A DNA stretch of 64,000 nucleotides from Candidatus Hodarchaeota archaeon (GCA_048886685.1 JBHLKM010000007.1:1-64000), one strand, 5' to 3'; shown: positions 30,566 through 41,662, numbered from the stretch's first letter. Numbers and translations are program-made. Notes: generated from the sequence alone by a model not told the origin.

Positions 30566-32062
30566 TTATTTAACAATATGCAGCCCCTTCTTTTCTAAAT
30601 CCTTAGGAAGTTGAATGATATTTTTATTGAGAGTTATGTCCAAAGTTTTAAGGGAATGAAGAGAGCTTATCGATTCAGGAAGATCTGATAACTGGTTTCC
30701 CCTCAGATTGAGTTCTTCTAAATTTGAAAATGAATCAATCCAACCAGGAAGAGTTGTAATATTATTCCAGCTTAAATCAAGTTTTTTAAGAGAAGTTAAG
30801 TTCTTGAATGATTCAGGTAAGGTTGATATGTGATTATTAGGCAAAATTAATACTTCTAAAGAATCTAATGAACCAATTGATTCGGGTAATACTTTAATAT
30901 TATTGTCATACAGATTCAATTCGGAAATTGGTGGCAAAAAGTCAAACCACTCTTCTATTTTAGGTAAGGATTTGTTTCCACCTAGACTTAATTTTTGTAG
31001 AGAACTTAAATTTTTTATCCATTTTGGAACACTATTCAAATTATTTAGGCCTAATTTCAATTTTTGAAGCGAGTAAAGCTCCTTTAATGATGATGGTAGA
31101 GTATTTAATCTATTCCCATGTAAATTTAAGACTTCAAGAGAAGATAAATTACCTATTGAAGGTGGGAGATTTTCTAATCTATTATTTTTTAAATCAAGCT
31201 TTTTCAAATTTTTTAGTGTGCCAATAGAAGGAGGAATTACTGTTAATTGATTGTATCTTAAATTTAAATATGCTAAAGTTTGTAAGTTTTTAAACTGATC
31301 TGGCAATTTATATAAATTATTATGGCTCAAATCTAAATATGTAAGAGAATTTAAAGAAAAAATAGAGTCAGGAACTTTTCCAAGTTTGTTACTTTTTAAT
31401 TCTATCTTCTTAAGATGCTCAATAACGCCAATAAATTCAGAGAGATACTTTAAAATTTTCCATCCAAAAGTTTCATTACTGGCAAATGTTAGATCTAACT
31501 CTACTATTAAGCCATCCTCTATGTGGTAATTAAACTCTTTTAATGTATCTTTTAAATGTTTAATAACGATATAATTATTAATGATTTCTGCTAAGTTTTT
31601 CGTATTTAGGTTTTGAATTTCTTCAGTTTTAAGGAGATTTTTCAAGCTTTTTATAAATTTAAGATCATCAATGCTCTTTATCTTATCAAATAGGACTGAT
31701 TTTGCTTTTTGACTGTTTAGTTCTTGTATAATTGAAACTATAGTCAATAATAATTGCCACGATTTTTCATGATCCAAAGCCCATTTTAGCGGAGCTAAAG
31801 CTTTCTCCTGAAATAGAATTTTCAAACTTTGAGCACTAAGCTCTCTTATCTCCAGGTTAGGATCAGATACTAATAGATCTTCTAAAACAGAAAAAACTTT
31901 ATCATTATTTACCCCAATTCTTAGAAGTGTTTCAATACAGTCTTGCCTAAGCTCAATTAAATCATTATTTCCTATTAAATAGATTAGTGAATCTGCTGCT
32001 GTTAATTTATCAATTTCCCCTTTTTCTAGATCATCATAGATTTTTTTAGGATTTAAAGCCAT
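30566..32062 (-). CDS. HEAT-repeat plus leucine-rich repeat protein
   Basis: N-terminal HEAT-like helices (LEDLLVSDPNLEIRELSA), then many LxxLxLxxNxLxxLP repeats. Confidence 0.92.
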   Translation of the reverse strand: MALNPKKIYDDLEKGEIDKLTAADSLIYLIGNNDLIELRQDCIETLLRIGVNNDKVFSVLEDLLVSDPNLEIRELSAQSLKILFQEKALAPLKWALDHEKSWQLLLTIVSIIQELNSQKAKSVLFDKIKSIDDLKFIKSLKNLLKTEEIQNLNTKNLAEIINNYIVIKHLKDTLKEFNYHIEDGLIVELDLTFASNETFGWKILKYLSEFIGVIEHLKKIELKSNKLGKVPDSIFSLNSLTYLDLSHNNLYKLPDQFKNLQTLAYLNLRYNQLTVIPPSIGTLKNLKKLDLKNNRLENLPPSIGNLSSLEVLNLHGNRLNTLPSSLKELYSLQKLKLGLNNLNSVPKWIKNLSSLQKLSLGGNKSLPKIEEWFDFLPPISELNLYDNNIKVLPESIGSLDSLEVLILPNNHISTLPESFKNLTSLKKLDLSWNNITTLPGWIDSFSNLEELNLRGNQLSDLPESISSLHSLKTLDITLNKNIIQLPKDLEKKGLHIVK

Positions 32063-32246
32063 ACCATCTTAAGATTTAGTATTATCGAATAAACCTAATA
32101 ATATTATATATTATTAAATTTTTTCAATCAAAAAAACTCCAATAATTAGGGAGATCCTATTAAATAAAAAGAAATTAAATATTAATAAGAATAGGAAGTA
32201 AAAACTTTAATCTATTTTACGTAGTTATAAAGCTGATTATTTTAAA

Positions 32247-32816
32247 ATGAAAGTAATTGGTATAAATGGCAGCCCCAATCCAAGAGGTAATACTTTTCAG
32301 TTAATTGAAATGGTTTTTGATGCAATAAAAGAAGTAGATAATGAAGTGCAAACTGAATTAATACAACTAGCCGGAAAAACAATAAATTCATGCTTATCTT
32401 GTTATAAATGCTTTAAGAATCAAGATAATAAATGTGTTCAAGAAGATGATCTTAATAAATTATATGTGAAAATGATCGAGGCTGATGCAATTATACTTGG
32501 AACACCGGTATATTTTGGGGATGCTACTGGAAAAATAAGATGTTTTATTGAGAGAGCAGGATTTCTCGCTTTGGCAAATAAAAGACCATTAACAAGAAAA
32601 ATTGGTGCTATAGTCATAGCAAAAAGAAGGCAAGGTGGAATACAAGCTTTGAATACGATGAATTTCTTTTTTTATATAAGCGGGATGATTATTGTTGGTT
32701 ATGCTATGGGAATCGGGACATATCCAGGTGAAGTTCAGGATGATACTGAGGGAAAATCAGATATGAGAATTCTGGGAAAAAATATTATATGGCTTTTAAA
32801 TAAACTTCATAGGTAA
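32247..32816 (+). CDS. Iron-sulfur flavoprotein (Isf)/NADPH-dependent FMN reductase family
   Basis: GSPNPRGNT, CLSCYKC...C cluster motif, GTPVYFG. Confidence 0.88.
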   Translation: MKVIGINGSPNPRGNTFQLIEMVFDAIKEVDNEVQTELIQLAGKTINSCLSCYKCFKNQDNKCVQEDDLNKLYVKMIEADAIILGTPVYFGDATGKIRCFIERAGFLALANKRPLTRKIGAIVIAKRRQGGIQALNTMNFFFYISGMIIVGYAMGIGTYPGEVQDDTEGKSDMRILGKNIIWLLNKLHR

Positions 32817-32858
32817 CTTTTTCTTTTGAAAGTAGATAGAAATAAAAAAAAATGTTGT

Positions 32859-33959
32859 CTAGTTTAGTTTAGCAACTTCAATTATTGCTTTAGCAATAGC
32901 TACTGGTTCGATTTCTTCAATAAAATGTCCAGCTTTTTCAAAAGATTTGATATGTCCCTGAAGCTGAGGTAAATTTTCAACCCATTGTTGCATAACCTCA
33001 TCTTTAGCTGATGGATCCCATTTTCCTATAACAGCCCGAACGTCAATATTTTGTCCGTCAGGCCCCCAAACCTTACTAATATTGTCTTGTATAAAGCGAT
33101 AAAAAGGAGATGTATCGCGTTCCCCGAGGTTGGGTTCCTTGTAGGTATTCCCATGTCCCCAGACTGGTGTCTGAAGCACTAAACGTTTTGAACTTAATAC
33201 ATTTTTATCCGATTGAAATTGTTCTCTGAAGAATTTTTGAACAGGAGTTTCATTCTCTGAAAAACTTCCGGTTTCTCTTGAAGCGGCAAGTAAATTGGGT
33301 AGGGCGGCTATTAATTCTTGTGGATCCTCGGGATTATAAAAAATAGCAAAGGAGGTAAATGCACCCCATAAATTGTTTGGAATAATATTCGGTGTATTAG
33401 CCCATGGAAACTGTTTTAATGGATAATTTTCATAGGTCATACCTGATTTCGGAAATGGGAATACTGTACTATTTAAGATGACAAGGTTGAACACACGATC
33501 GGGCTCTTTTAAAAAAGCCCCGATACCAATTGGACCTCCCCAATCATGAATGATAAGTGTCACTTTCTTTAAATCAAGATGTCTTATTAGTTGGGATAAA
33601 TTATCAGCATGATCCATACAAACCATTTCAAATGAAGCTTGATCAGATAAGCCAAAACCAATATGATCCATTGCTATAATTCTGAACGGTTTTTTGGCAG
33701 TTTTTATAAGATGAGCAATGACATTTCTATATGTATATGAAGATTCAGGATTGCCATGAACAAAAACGATTACCTCTTCGGGATTGCCTTCTCCATGACT
33801 GCTGTCTCTGAAAAATATTTTTTTCCCGGCATCAATTCCTTCTGAAATTTCAAACCAATATCCACAACCTTTTGGATAATAATCAGATGGAATGCTGGTC
33901 ACTGGAGTGTTGCTGGGGATCGATTTTGAATTTGACTTTAAGACTATTTTAATCACCAC
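32859..33959 (-). CDS. Haloalkane dehalogenase/OleB-like alpha/beta hydrolase
   Basis: HGNP, DHIGFGLSD, HDWGG Asp nucleophile, AGHFIEE. Confidence 0.82.
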   Translation of the reverse strand: MVIKIVLKSNSKSIPSNTPVTSIPSDYYPKGCGYWFEISEGIDAGKKIFFRDSSHGEGNPEEVIVFVHGNPESSYTYRNVIAHLIKTAKKPFRIIAMDHIGFGLSDQASFEMVCMDHADNLSQLIRHLDLKKVTLIIHDWGGPIGIGAFLKEPDRVFNLVILNSTVFPFPKSGMTYENYPLKQFPWANTPNIIPNNLWGAFTSFAIFYNPEDPQELIAALPNLLAASRETGSFSENETPVQKFFREQFQSDKNVLSSKRLVLQTPVWGHGNTYKEPNLGERDTSPFYRFIQDNISKVWGPDGQNIDVRAVIGKWDPSAKDEVMQQWVENLPQLQGHIKSFEKAGHFIEEIEPVAIAKAIIEVAKLN

Positions 33960-33988
33960 TTATTAATTCAACTTAATTAAAAAAAAAG

Positions 33989-35836
33989 TTAGAATCCCCC
34001 GTAGCTTTGACCTCTTATATTGTTTAGAACGATCTCATCTAATTCGCATAGTTTCTTAGTGGATTTGACTCTGTACTTATAATTCAAGTACTTGTTTATG
34101 AGTTTATATTTTAAATTACTCCTTCTCATATCTTTTCTGACCTGTTTCGGAATTTTATTTGGATATTCAGTAATATAGGGGATATCATCATCTTTTATGG
34201 TTTTATCCTTGTTATAGAGATATCGCTTAGCGGGTTCTTCTCTAGGTTTTCTACCAAATGGATCAAATAGGTGTTTCATCTTGAAATTCACAGCAGCCTG
34301 TTCAATATTTCTGCTAATCATTTCCATCATTGGAGTAGGTTCACCAATAAGATCTCTAAATCTTTCGTCTGCTTTATAAACTCTTCTCCTTACAACTCCA
34401 TTAGGAGCAAAACGATCCATTGCCCCTAACATACTCCATGATATAGCGGAACTCCGTTTAAACAATTGAGATCTATGCTCCTGCATTAGAGCATTATCAG
34501 AATTCAAACAATATTCATAACCATTAAGAGTAACTTCTAGTCTTCTTAACATTGATGGACCCCACGTTTTGTACATCAAATCGTACCCATATTCTGTCAG
34601 ATTCAATGTTTCATGAGTTTCTAAAGAAATATTTTTCTGTGCTCCACTCCAGAAATGTACGTCTTCCCAAGGCACTTCACATACTCTTCCCTGTTCCCTA
34701 AGCTTACGCCATAATTCAGTTCCGGGGAACGGACTTAAGCGGGTTAATTGTTGATAAGTAGGTTTACACGCAATAAAATAATTAAGATCTTCATACATAT
34801 TAGCATGATTATGATAATCCCAACCACATATCCATGCTCCAAGAGTACGAATTCCCATTGAATGAAGTTTATGAAAAACATCTCTAGCATCAGCTTCTTT
34901 TACTTTCCGGTAGCCATGTTCTCCTGCAAATTTAGATTCTACACCAATGAATACCGCACCCATTCCTGTTTCAGGAATGGCATCCCATCCATAATTACTA
35001 GCGAAATGATATACAAAATCTACCGACCCAAAACCTGTCCAGTCAACATTTTCTACAAGATCTAAATTATTCATCCATTTTTCCTTGGTTTTCACCATCC
35101 ATCTTGGGTGACGAAAATGGTCTTCTTCGATTACAAAGATTGATGAAAGCTGTTTAAAGTGTTTACGATAAAGCTCAACATGGTCAACAAAATCTTCGGG
35201 TGAGAGAATTTCAATTCGTTTCTTTCCAAACATTTCAGTTGTTGAACAAAAATCACATCCGCCAGGGCATCCCAATCCTGTTACAAGAAATCCAAGACCA
35301 CCTCTAGGGTATTTATTGAGAAAAGGAGGAGCTCCACCGCACTTAGGCATTAGTTTTTGTTGGATGGGACGATTTGCGTCCTCCCCAAGCAAATTACGAA
35401 GGAATTCTACTCCTTCACCCACAACTACATGATCTACATACTTCTTTTTAGTTTCCTCATCATATTGTGCGGCAAAAGCTTGAGCGCCATAACTTCCTAG
35501 AAGAATTGTTGTCTCTGGAGATTTTTCTCGTATATATTTACACATTTTCATAACCATGTCAAGGTGTACAGGAAATGCACTTATTCCAATATACGCATAT
35601 TGTTTATCTACCTCTTCAGTGAAATTATTCCAGCGCGGATACTCAAGTAAAGTTGCAGGAGTATTAACATTTTGCGCTAAAATGTGATTTGCATAACAGT
35701 GGGTATGAGAAACAAGAGAAAAAATATCATCTCCGTGAGTGAATCGTTGTCCAGTGGCATCTGTGAGGCTATCATTCGCAGGGAGCGAGGGGTAAGGATA
35801 ACATGGGGTTGTTAACAAAATTCGATCTGTAATCAT
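33989..35836 (-). CDS. B12-binding-domain radical SAM protein
   Basis: N-terminal B12-binding-like domain (ILLGSYGA...VVGEG), GCPGGCDFC motif, PFPGTEL. Confidence 0.85.
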   Translation of the reverse strand: MITDRILLTTPCYPYPSLPANDSLTDATGQRFTHGDDIFSLVSHTHCYANHILAQNVNTPATLLEYPRWNNFTEEVDKQYAYIGISAFPVHLDMVMKMCKYIREKSPETTILLGSYGAQAFAAQYDEETKKKYVDHVVVGEGVEFLRNLLGEDANRPIQQKLMPKCGGAPPFLNKYPRGGLGFLVTGLGCPGGCDFCSTTEMFGKKRIEILSPEDFVDHVELYRKHFKQLSSIFVIEEDHFRHPRWMVKTKEKWMNNLDLVENVDWTGFGSVDFVYHFASNYGWDAIPETGMGAVFIGVESKFAGEHGYRKVKEADARDVFHKLHSMGIRTLGAWICGWDYHNHANMYEDLNYFIACKPTYQQLTRLSPFPGTELWRKLREQGRVCEVPWEDVHFWSGAQKNISLETHETLNLTEYGYDLMYKTWGPSMLRRLEVTLNGYEYCLNSDNALMQEHRSQLFKRSSAISWSMLGAMDRFAPNGVVRRRVYKADERFRDLIGEPTPMMEMISRNIEQAAVNFKMKHLFDPFGRKPREEPAKRYLYNKDKTIKDDDIPYITEYPNKIPKQVRKDMRRSNLKYKLINKYLNYKYRVKSTKKLCELDEIVLNNIRGQSYGGF

Positions 35837-36081
35837 AATTTAATCCTTTTTTTAATATTTTTCAAAATTTAAATTATTTATTGTAGTCCTCTTTATTAAT
35901 CACAATTTATCTGATTGTATATATAAATTTTGTCGATTTAAACCTTAAGCATTAAATAATTCAAGCGTTTTGTGAGATATAACTCTATAAATAACTTCTT
36001 ATTGTTTTTCACTTTAGACATTTGAAAATATGTTTTACTAAAAAAATCTCTATAGAAATTAGATTAATTAAAAGCGTTGAG

Positions 36082-36900
36082 TTACTTCTTTTCAGAATTT
36101 TTTATTTGTTTTGTTAATTCTTCCACCTTTTTTTCTAATGTCTTGATTGTCTTCTTCAATTCTTCTTCTGTTTGTATTCTTTCTAATGTATTAGTAAAAG
36201 TAGCAACCATATACATGGGGGAGATTTGAAAGGCGTGAACTTCAAAAGCTCCTTTTATTTCGCCATGTTCATAATCAAATCTGTTTGTCTTCCAGTCTTT
36301 TCCTTCAGCAGCAGCCTCACGGTATCGATCTGGAATTTCTGACTCTATCAAAGGCGGAAATGCTTCTTCAATAGTTTTACCTACAAATTGCATGTTATCA
36401 ACCTTAAGAATTTCGTCAGCAGCAGGATTAGCACCTATAAAAACTAGTCGCCCATCTTCAAATAAATGATACATATGAATACCAATTGGAATTGAATTAA
36501 AGAGATTTAATAAATTTTCTTGCGATTCTCTTAGTTTTTCTTCCGTTTCCTTGATATCTGTGACATCTTCACCTGAACTCAAAGAAGCAACAATAATTCC
36601 ATCATCGTCATATAATAGTGCATTATGCCAGGAGATCATCCTAATGTCACCCCTTTTAGTTATTATTGGATTATTATAATATTCAAAAGGTTCTACATCT
36701 CCATTGATTATCGCTTTAAATACATTTTTAAGCTCTTCCTTATTCTCTTTAGGAATGCATACATCAAACCAATTCTTTCCTATTAACTCGCCCTCATCAT
36801 AATGAAGAATTTCGTAGCCTTTTTTATTTAATAGAGTAATGTTACCCTCTCTATTTAATGCTACAAGGATAACCCCAGCTAAATCTAAATAGTTTTTCAA
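36082..36900 (-). CDS. Tandem PAS-domain protein with C-terminal coiled coil, no kinase domain
   Basis: Two PAS/PAC domains; possible ATA/ATT start at 36936/36933 after SD AAGGTGA. Confidence 0.85.
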   Translation of the reverse strand: MKNYLDLAGVILVALNREGNITLLNKKGYEILHYDEGELIGKNWFDVCIPKENKEELKNVFKAIINGDVEPFEYYNNPIITKRGDIRMISWHNALLYDDDGIIVASLSSGEDVTDIKETEEKLRESQENLLNLFNSIPIGIHMYHLFEDGRLVFIGANPAADEILKVDNMQFVGKTIEEAFPPLIESEIPDRYREAAAEGKDWKTNRFDYEHGEIKGAFEVHAFQISPMYMVATFTNTLERIQTEEELKKTIKTLEKKVEELTKQIKNSEKK

Positions 36901-37141
36901 CTTATCTTTAGATCTCTCTGTTGGCTCTTGAATTATTGTTTCACCTTTTATAGTAATAACTTAATTAACCAATATGGTTTTTTACTATTTACAATATTGT
37001 TAACGAGTTTTTAAACGTTTGCTAGATGATATTAGTGTATAATCATAATATCTGTTATATTGAGCCTTCTTAAAAAAGTGAAAATAATATAAAATATAAT
37101 ATTTTTAATCCCAGAAATTAGTATAGATTTAAGTCGTCAAA

Positions 37142-37708
37142 ATGTCATTGGTCATTGAAAATTTAAAAGAAGCAATTAATGGGGAGAGTAATGCGAAACG
37201 AAAATATGAATTTTATGCTCAAAAAGCTAAAGAAGAAAATCTTCCTGAAGTTGCTCATTTGTTTAAAGCTATATCAATAACAGAAGCAATTCATATCAAA
37301 AATCATGTAAGAGCTCTCCAAGTTCTAATCAATAGAGAGGTAAAGATTGAAGATTTCATCGATGTGAACGAAGTCGCTTTAAAAGACAATGTTAAAGATA
37401 CTAAATCAAATCTACTTGATGCCATAAATGGAGAAACTTATGAAACTAAACAAATGTATAAATTATTCCTTAAAAACTCGAAGAAAGAAGGAAATGATGT
37501 TGCTGAGCTATCTTTTTCATTAGCGAGAAAAGTGGAGAAAGTTCATGCTGGAATTTGTAGTAAATATTTGTAACAACTTGAGAAAAATGAAAATATAGAG
37601 AAAAGAAAAGTTTTTGTATGTCAAATCTGTGGCAATGTAGAATTTGATGTTCCCCCACAGGTATGCAATCTCTGTGATCATAACCAGAAATTTTTTAATG
37701 AAGTTTAA
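37142..37708 (+). pseudogene. rbr: Rubrerythrin with in-frame TAA (37571-37573) before the rubredoxin-like domain
   Basis: GES.A..KY, EAIH, GETYE..MY, EKVH diiron ligands; after the stop the frame continues FVCQICG...CNLC..to TAA 37706-37708. Confidence 0.85.
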
Positions 37709-38415
37709 GCAGTAGCAATTAGTTGATCGAGCACAGTTCCTATTCCAAATGAAGCGAGAAAAGCCACTATTCCGATTGATACCATCTCTAAACCACTCCT
37801 GATTTTATGTTCTCCTGTAATCTTCGTTTTTAAAGCCCCTACAATAAATAACATTGAAAATGAGATAATAGAAGATAGAACTAAAGATACTAATCCCAAG
37901 TCGAATAGATAAGCAAATAATGTCAAAAAAGAACCAAAAACAAATGCAAAAAAAGTTAATATCGCTCCTATTATAGAATTCTCCGGTTCCTCTAATCCTA
38001 ATTCACTTTTAGTTAAGAAATCTATCCATACCTGTTTATTTGAAGTTATAGATTCTACACAGGCATCTAGTGTTTGTCCTTTCATACCCATTTTTTCAAA
38101 AATATCTCTAACTTCCTGCTTCTCTTCCTCAGGAAAGAGTTCAATTTCAGCTCTTTCTCTTTTTAATTCATTTTTAATATAATTATATTCTGATTTGCTC
38201 GAAATATATTCACCAAGTCCCATACTAATTGCTCCAGAAACCATTGCCGCAAATCCAGTTATCAAGACAATAGCATTATTACCAGTTGAAGCCAATGTTG
38301 CAGCTGCTACACCAACTAATAATGTAAATGTTGAAATTAAACCATCATTTAATCCTAAAATAATACTTCGGATCTTTCCGCCCCCTGTAATATGTTCTTC
38401 TTGTTTAGAACTCAT
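37705..38415 (-). CDS. VIT1/CCC1 family Fe/Mn transporter
   Basis: ILGLNDGL, SGAISMGLGEYIS, cytoplasmic acidic domain. Confidence 0.92.
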   Translation of the reverse strand: MSSKQEEHITGGGKIRSIILGLNDGLISTFTLLVGVAAATLASTGNNAIVLITGFAAMVSGAISMGLGEYISSKSEYNYIKNELKRERAEIELFPEEEKQEVRDIFEKMGMKGQTLDACVESITSNKQVWIDFLTKSELGLEEPENSIIGAILTFFAFVFGSFLTLFAYLFDLGLVSLVLSSIISFSMLFIVGALKTKITGEHKIRSGLEMVSIGIVAFLASFGIGTVLDQLIATA

Positions 38416-38541
38416 CTTAAATCACCATAAAATATAAACAGAAATAATAATAAACTATCTAAAAAATCTATTATTGAAAAAAATTACTTAATTACTTTAG
38501 ATTATATTTAATCCAAAAAAGAAAAAATTCCCGTCTTTAAA

Positions 38542-39630
38542 ATGAGTGATTTAGATATAAAAGAGATTAAAGAGTTACTGGAAGAATTCCCATTATTTCA
38601 AGATAAAGAGATTATTTCAAAATTTATAGTAGGGGAAAAACTTTCTCAGAGAGAAATTCTACGTGCTCTTCATATGTCATTTCCACTCTTTACCCTCGTT
38701 ATATTGAATAAACGATTTGAAATGAATAAACAAATCGCTGAAAATGAGTGGTCTAAAGCTAAAATTCAGAAATTAAATAATGTGGGAGCGGTTAAAAAGT
38801 TAACGATTATACCACTAATCGATTTCCATGCAGAAGGTAATTTTTCTATAGAAAAAGGTGTTTCTTATTTTATTAAAGCTGATGAAATTGGTTTATTATT
38901 TGATACAGGCTTAAATTCTGAAGATGAACACCCTTCTCCACTTCTCAAGAACATGGAAGCTTTAAGAATCTCCCCAGAGGACTTTAACTACATTTTCATT
39001 TCCCATTTACATGGTGATCATGTAGGCGGCGCTAAATGGGCTAGAAATAGCACTTTCTCACTTTCAGGCACACAACAAAATTTAAGTCATGTGAATGTAT
39101 TTAGCCCAGTTTCAATGAACCACCCAACTGCTACTGTCAACCAAGTGAAAGGTCCTACTATTATAGCTAATGGTATTGCCTCCATAGGATCGATTCAGAG
39201 TCCTATGTTTTTCTTTGGACAAACTTTCGAACAAGCCTTAGCAATAAACGTAGAGGGAAAAGGTATAGTAGTTGTTGTAGGCTGTGGACATCAAGGAATC
39301 CAAAAAATTATTGACCGCGTTGAAGCTCTTTTTGATGTTCCCATTTATGGAATTATAGGAGGGTTACATTTTCCAATCCCAGAATTTCCAGGTGAGGATA
39401 TCACTTGGTCTGGATTGCCTATTTTTAAGTTTGTTATGACAAGAAGACCCCCATGGGAACCATGGCATAACAATGATAGAGATTTTGCATTAGATTACCT
39501 TAAAGCTAGAAATCTTAAACTTGTATCATTATCTCCTCATGATAGTAGTATGGAGAGTATCCTTGCTTTTGGGGAGACTTTCAAAGAAGCTTATACTGAA
39601 ATAAAGGTTGGTAAGACTATCAATATATAA
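38542..39630 (+). CDS. Metallo-beta-lactamase-fold protein (DHPS-like MBL subfamily)
   Basis: LLFDTG, SHLHGDHVGG, EQAL, GCGHQG, IGGLH. Confidence 0.82.
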   Translation: MSDLDIKEIKELLEEFPLFQDKEIISKFIVGEKLSQREILRALHMSFPLFTLVILNKRFEMNKQIAENEWSKAKIQKLNNVGAVKKLTIIPLIDFHAEGNFSIEKGVSYFIKADEIGLLFDTGLNSEDEHPSPLLKNMEALRISPEDFNYIFISHLHGDHVGGAKWARNSTFSLSGTQQNLSHVNVFSPVSMNHPTATVNQVKGPTIIANGIASIGSIQSPMFFFGQTFEQALAINVEGKGIVVVVGCGHQGIQKIIDRVEALFDVPIYGIIGGLHFPIPEFPGEDITWSGLPIFKFVMTRRPPWEPWHNNDRDFALDYLKARNLKLVSLSPHDSSMESILAFGETFKEAYTEIKVGKTINI

Positions 39631-39638
39631 TTATTAAA

Positions 39639-40709
39639 TTGATGACATTTATGAAAAACAAAATAATGGATAGAGAAATAACTCAACGGAAAAATAAGCT
39701 ATTTTCTAAATTGGCTTTTGCGGCAAAAGAAGCTAAGGATAGTGGAGGGAAACCATTTATTTTCCATTTTCTTACTACGTTACGATGTAATTGTGATTGT
39801 GAGTCTTGTCTCTGGAAAGATAACTCTGCTAAAAATGAATTATCGCTTGAAGAAATAAAGCGTATTTATTTAGAAGCTAGGGATGCTGGGTTTTTTATAA
39901 CCATTCTTTGGGGTGGTGAGCCTACAGTCCGTCGAGATATTACAGCAATTATAAAATTTATTAAACATGAAGCCAAATTTGCCTTTATAGGAATGGTTAC
40001 TAATGGTTATCTTATTCCTAACCGGATCTCCGAATTTGGAAATGATCTTGACCTTATTCTTATGTCTCTTGATTCTCCCATACAAGAAGAGCATGATCAA
40101 ATTAGAGTTTTGCCTGGATTGTATGAGAAGATAATGGAATCTGTCAATTTAATTAAAAGTGGTTATCCCCATATCTCTTTACAATTCAGTTTTTCTATTA
40201 GCAAATATAACATTCATCGTGTAGATGAGATGATAACACTCGGGGATAAATTGGAGGTTCCCATAGCATTTAATGTGATAAATACAGTACGCCATTATTC
40301 AACCGGGGATGTAGATGAAAAAGGACAACTTTCCGCGACTAGCCAAGAAATAAGTAATACCTTCTCAAGAATATTGGAATCAAAAAGGAATGGCTCTCAT
40401 ATACTAAATTCAGAAATGTATTTGAAACATTTTATTGGCGGGAAAAAATCTTATCGATGTCATGCCAGAAAGGTCTTCATGTATGTTAATTCCAATGGTG
40501 ATATTGAAGATTGTTTAAGATTAGATAACCCAATCGCTAATCTACGAGAAATATCCGTTAAAGAGGCTATGAATTTACCACGATTTCAGCAATATCTAAA
40601 AGATACAGAAAACTGCGATAGCTGTAATTCTCCTACAATGATCGATACGAGTTATGTGTGGGAAGATTGGAGTTTAATAACGAAATCAGGAGGAATTACT
40701 TTTGGTTAA
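39639..40709 (+). CDS. Radical SAM protein with C-terminal SPASM/twitch-like Cys domain
   Basis: CNCDCESC, WGGEP, TNG, C...GDIEDC...CDSC. Confidence 0.88.
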   Translation: MMTFMKNKIMDREITQRKNKLFSKLAFAAKEAKDSGGKPFIFHFLTTLRCNCDCESCLWKDNSAKNELSLEEIKRIYLEARDAGFFITILWGGEPTVRRDITAIIKFIKHEAKFAFIGMVTNGYLIPNRISEFGNDLDLILMSLDSPIQEEHDQIRVLPGLYEKIMESVNLIKSGYPHISLQFSFSISKYNIHRVDEMITLGDKLEVPIAFNVINTVRHYSTGDVDEKGQLSATSQEISNTFSRILESKRNGSHILNSEMYLKHFIGGKKSYRCHARKVFMYVNSNGDIEDCLRLDNPIANLREISVKEAMNLPRFQQYLKDTENCDSCNSPTMIDTSYVWEDWSLITKSGGITFG

Positions 40710-40756
40710 CTACACAAATTTAAAATCTCACATTAATAATAAATGGTGGAAGGTTA

Positions 40757-41590
40757 ATGTCTGAAATTATCACTAAAACACTTCAATCAGATGTTGGTAA
40801 GTTAGTGTATTACAAACTAGTCGGTCACAATAAAGATGTAGTTATTATTTATATTCATGGCTTAGCTCCTATATCTTATCTCTTTGTAAAAGTGTTTGCT
40901 GAACAATACCATGAATATTCTCTTTTTGAATATTCATTTCTAATCCCTAACCTAATAGGATTCGGTGAATCTGAAAAACCCGATAATCTGGACATATATA
41001 CTGTAGAAAAACAAGGTCAATGTCTATATGATCTTTTACTCTCAGAAAATGTCAGTAATGTAATCATAATGGGTATCTCCATGGGAGGTCCAGTCGCGAT
41101 ATCTCTTATAGATAAAATAAAAAATCAAAAAAATAGCAAAATCAAAGTAAAAGGATTATTTTATCTTGAAGGGAATCTTGATATAAATGATGCCTTTTTT
41201 ACCTCGATAATAGTTAAACATACATTCGAACAATTCAAGGAACAGTATAACTCGTGGGTTGATAATTTAATTAAAATGTCGAAACCAGAAGATGAAGAAT
41301 ATTTGGAGGGTTTCCGTGAAATGGGCCCCTATCCAACCTGGGGAATGTCTTATGATTTAGTTAAATTGTCAGAAAGTAATCAGTTGTTACCTCATCTTCA
41401 ACAATTAAGTGATTTTCCTATGTATTTTGTTTTTGGGGAAAAGAATAAAGGAAGGTTTACCTCAGAATCTCTAGTTAAAAACGCAAATCTACCTGTTATT
41501 TACATCCCTAACGCAGGACATTCAATGCGGCAGGATAATCCAGAAGGCTTCTGGAAAATTACGAAAGAATTGTTTAAAAATTGTCTTTGA
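40757..41590 (+). CDS. Alpha/beta hydrolase
   Basis: IHG, GFGESEKP, GISMGG, AGH. Confidence 0.85.
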   Translation: MSEIITKTLQSDVGKLVYYKLVGHNKDVVIIYIHGLAPISYLFVKVFAEQYHEYSLFEYSFLIPNLIGFGESEKPDNLDIYTVEKQGQCLYDLLLSENVSNVIIMGISMGGPVAISLIDKIKNQKNSKIKVKGLFYLEGNLDINDAFFTSIIVKHTFEQFKEQYNSWVDNLIKMSKPEDEEYLEGFREMGPYPTWGMSYDLVKLSESNQLLPHLQQLSDFPMYFVFGEKNKGRFTSESLVKNANLPVIYIPNAGHSMRQDNPEGFWKITKELFKNCL

Positions 41591-41662
41591 AGGAATCCTT
41601 TAATAATTCTTATATTTAATAAAGAAAAAATAAAAATATAGTTTCTTTTGGTAAAAATTAAA

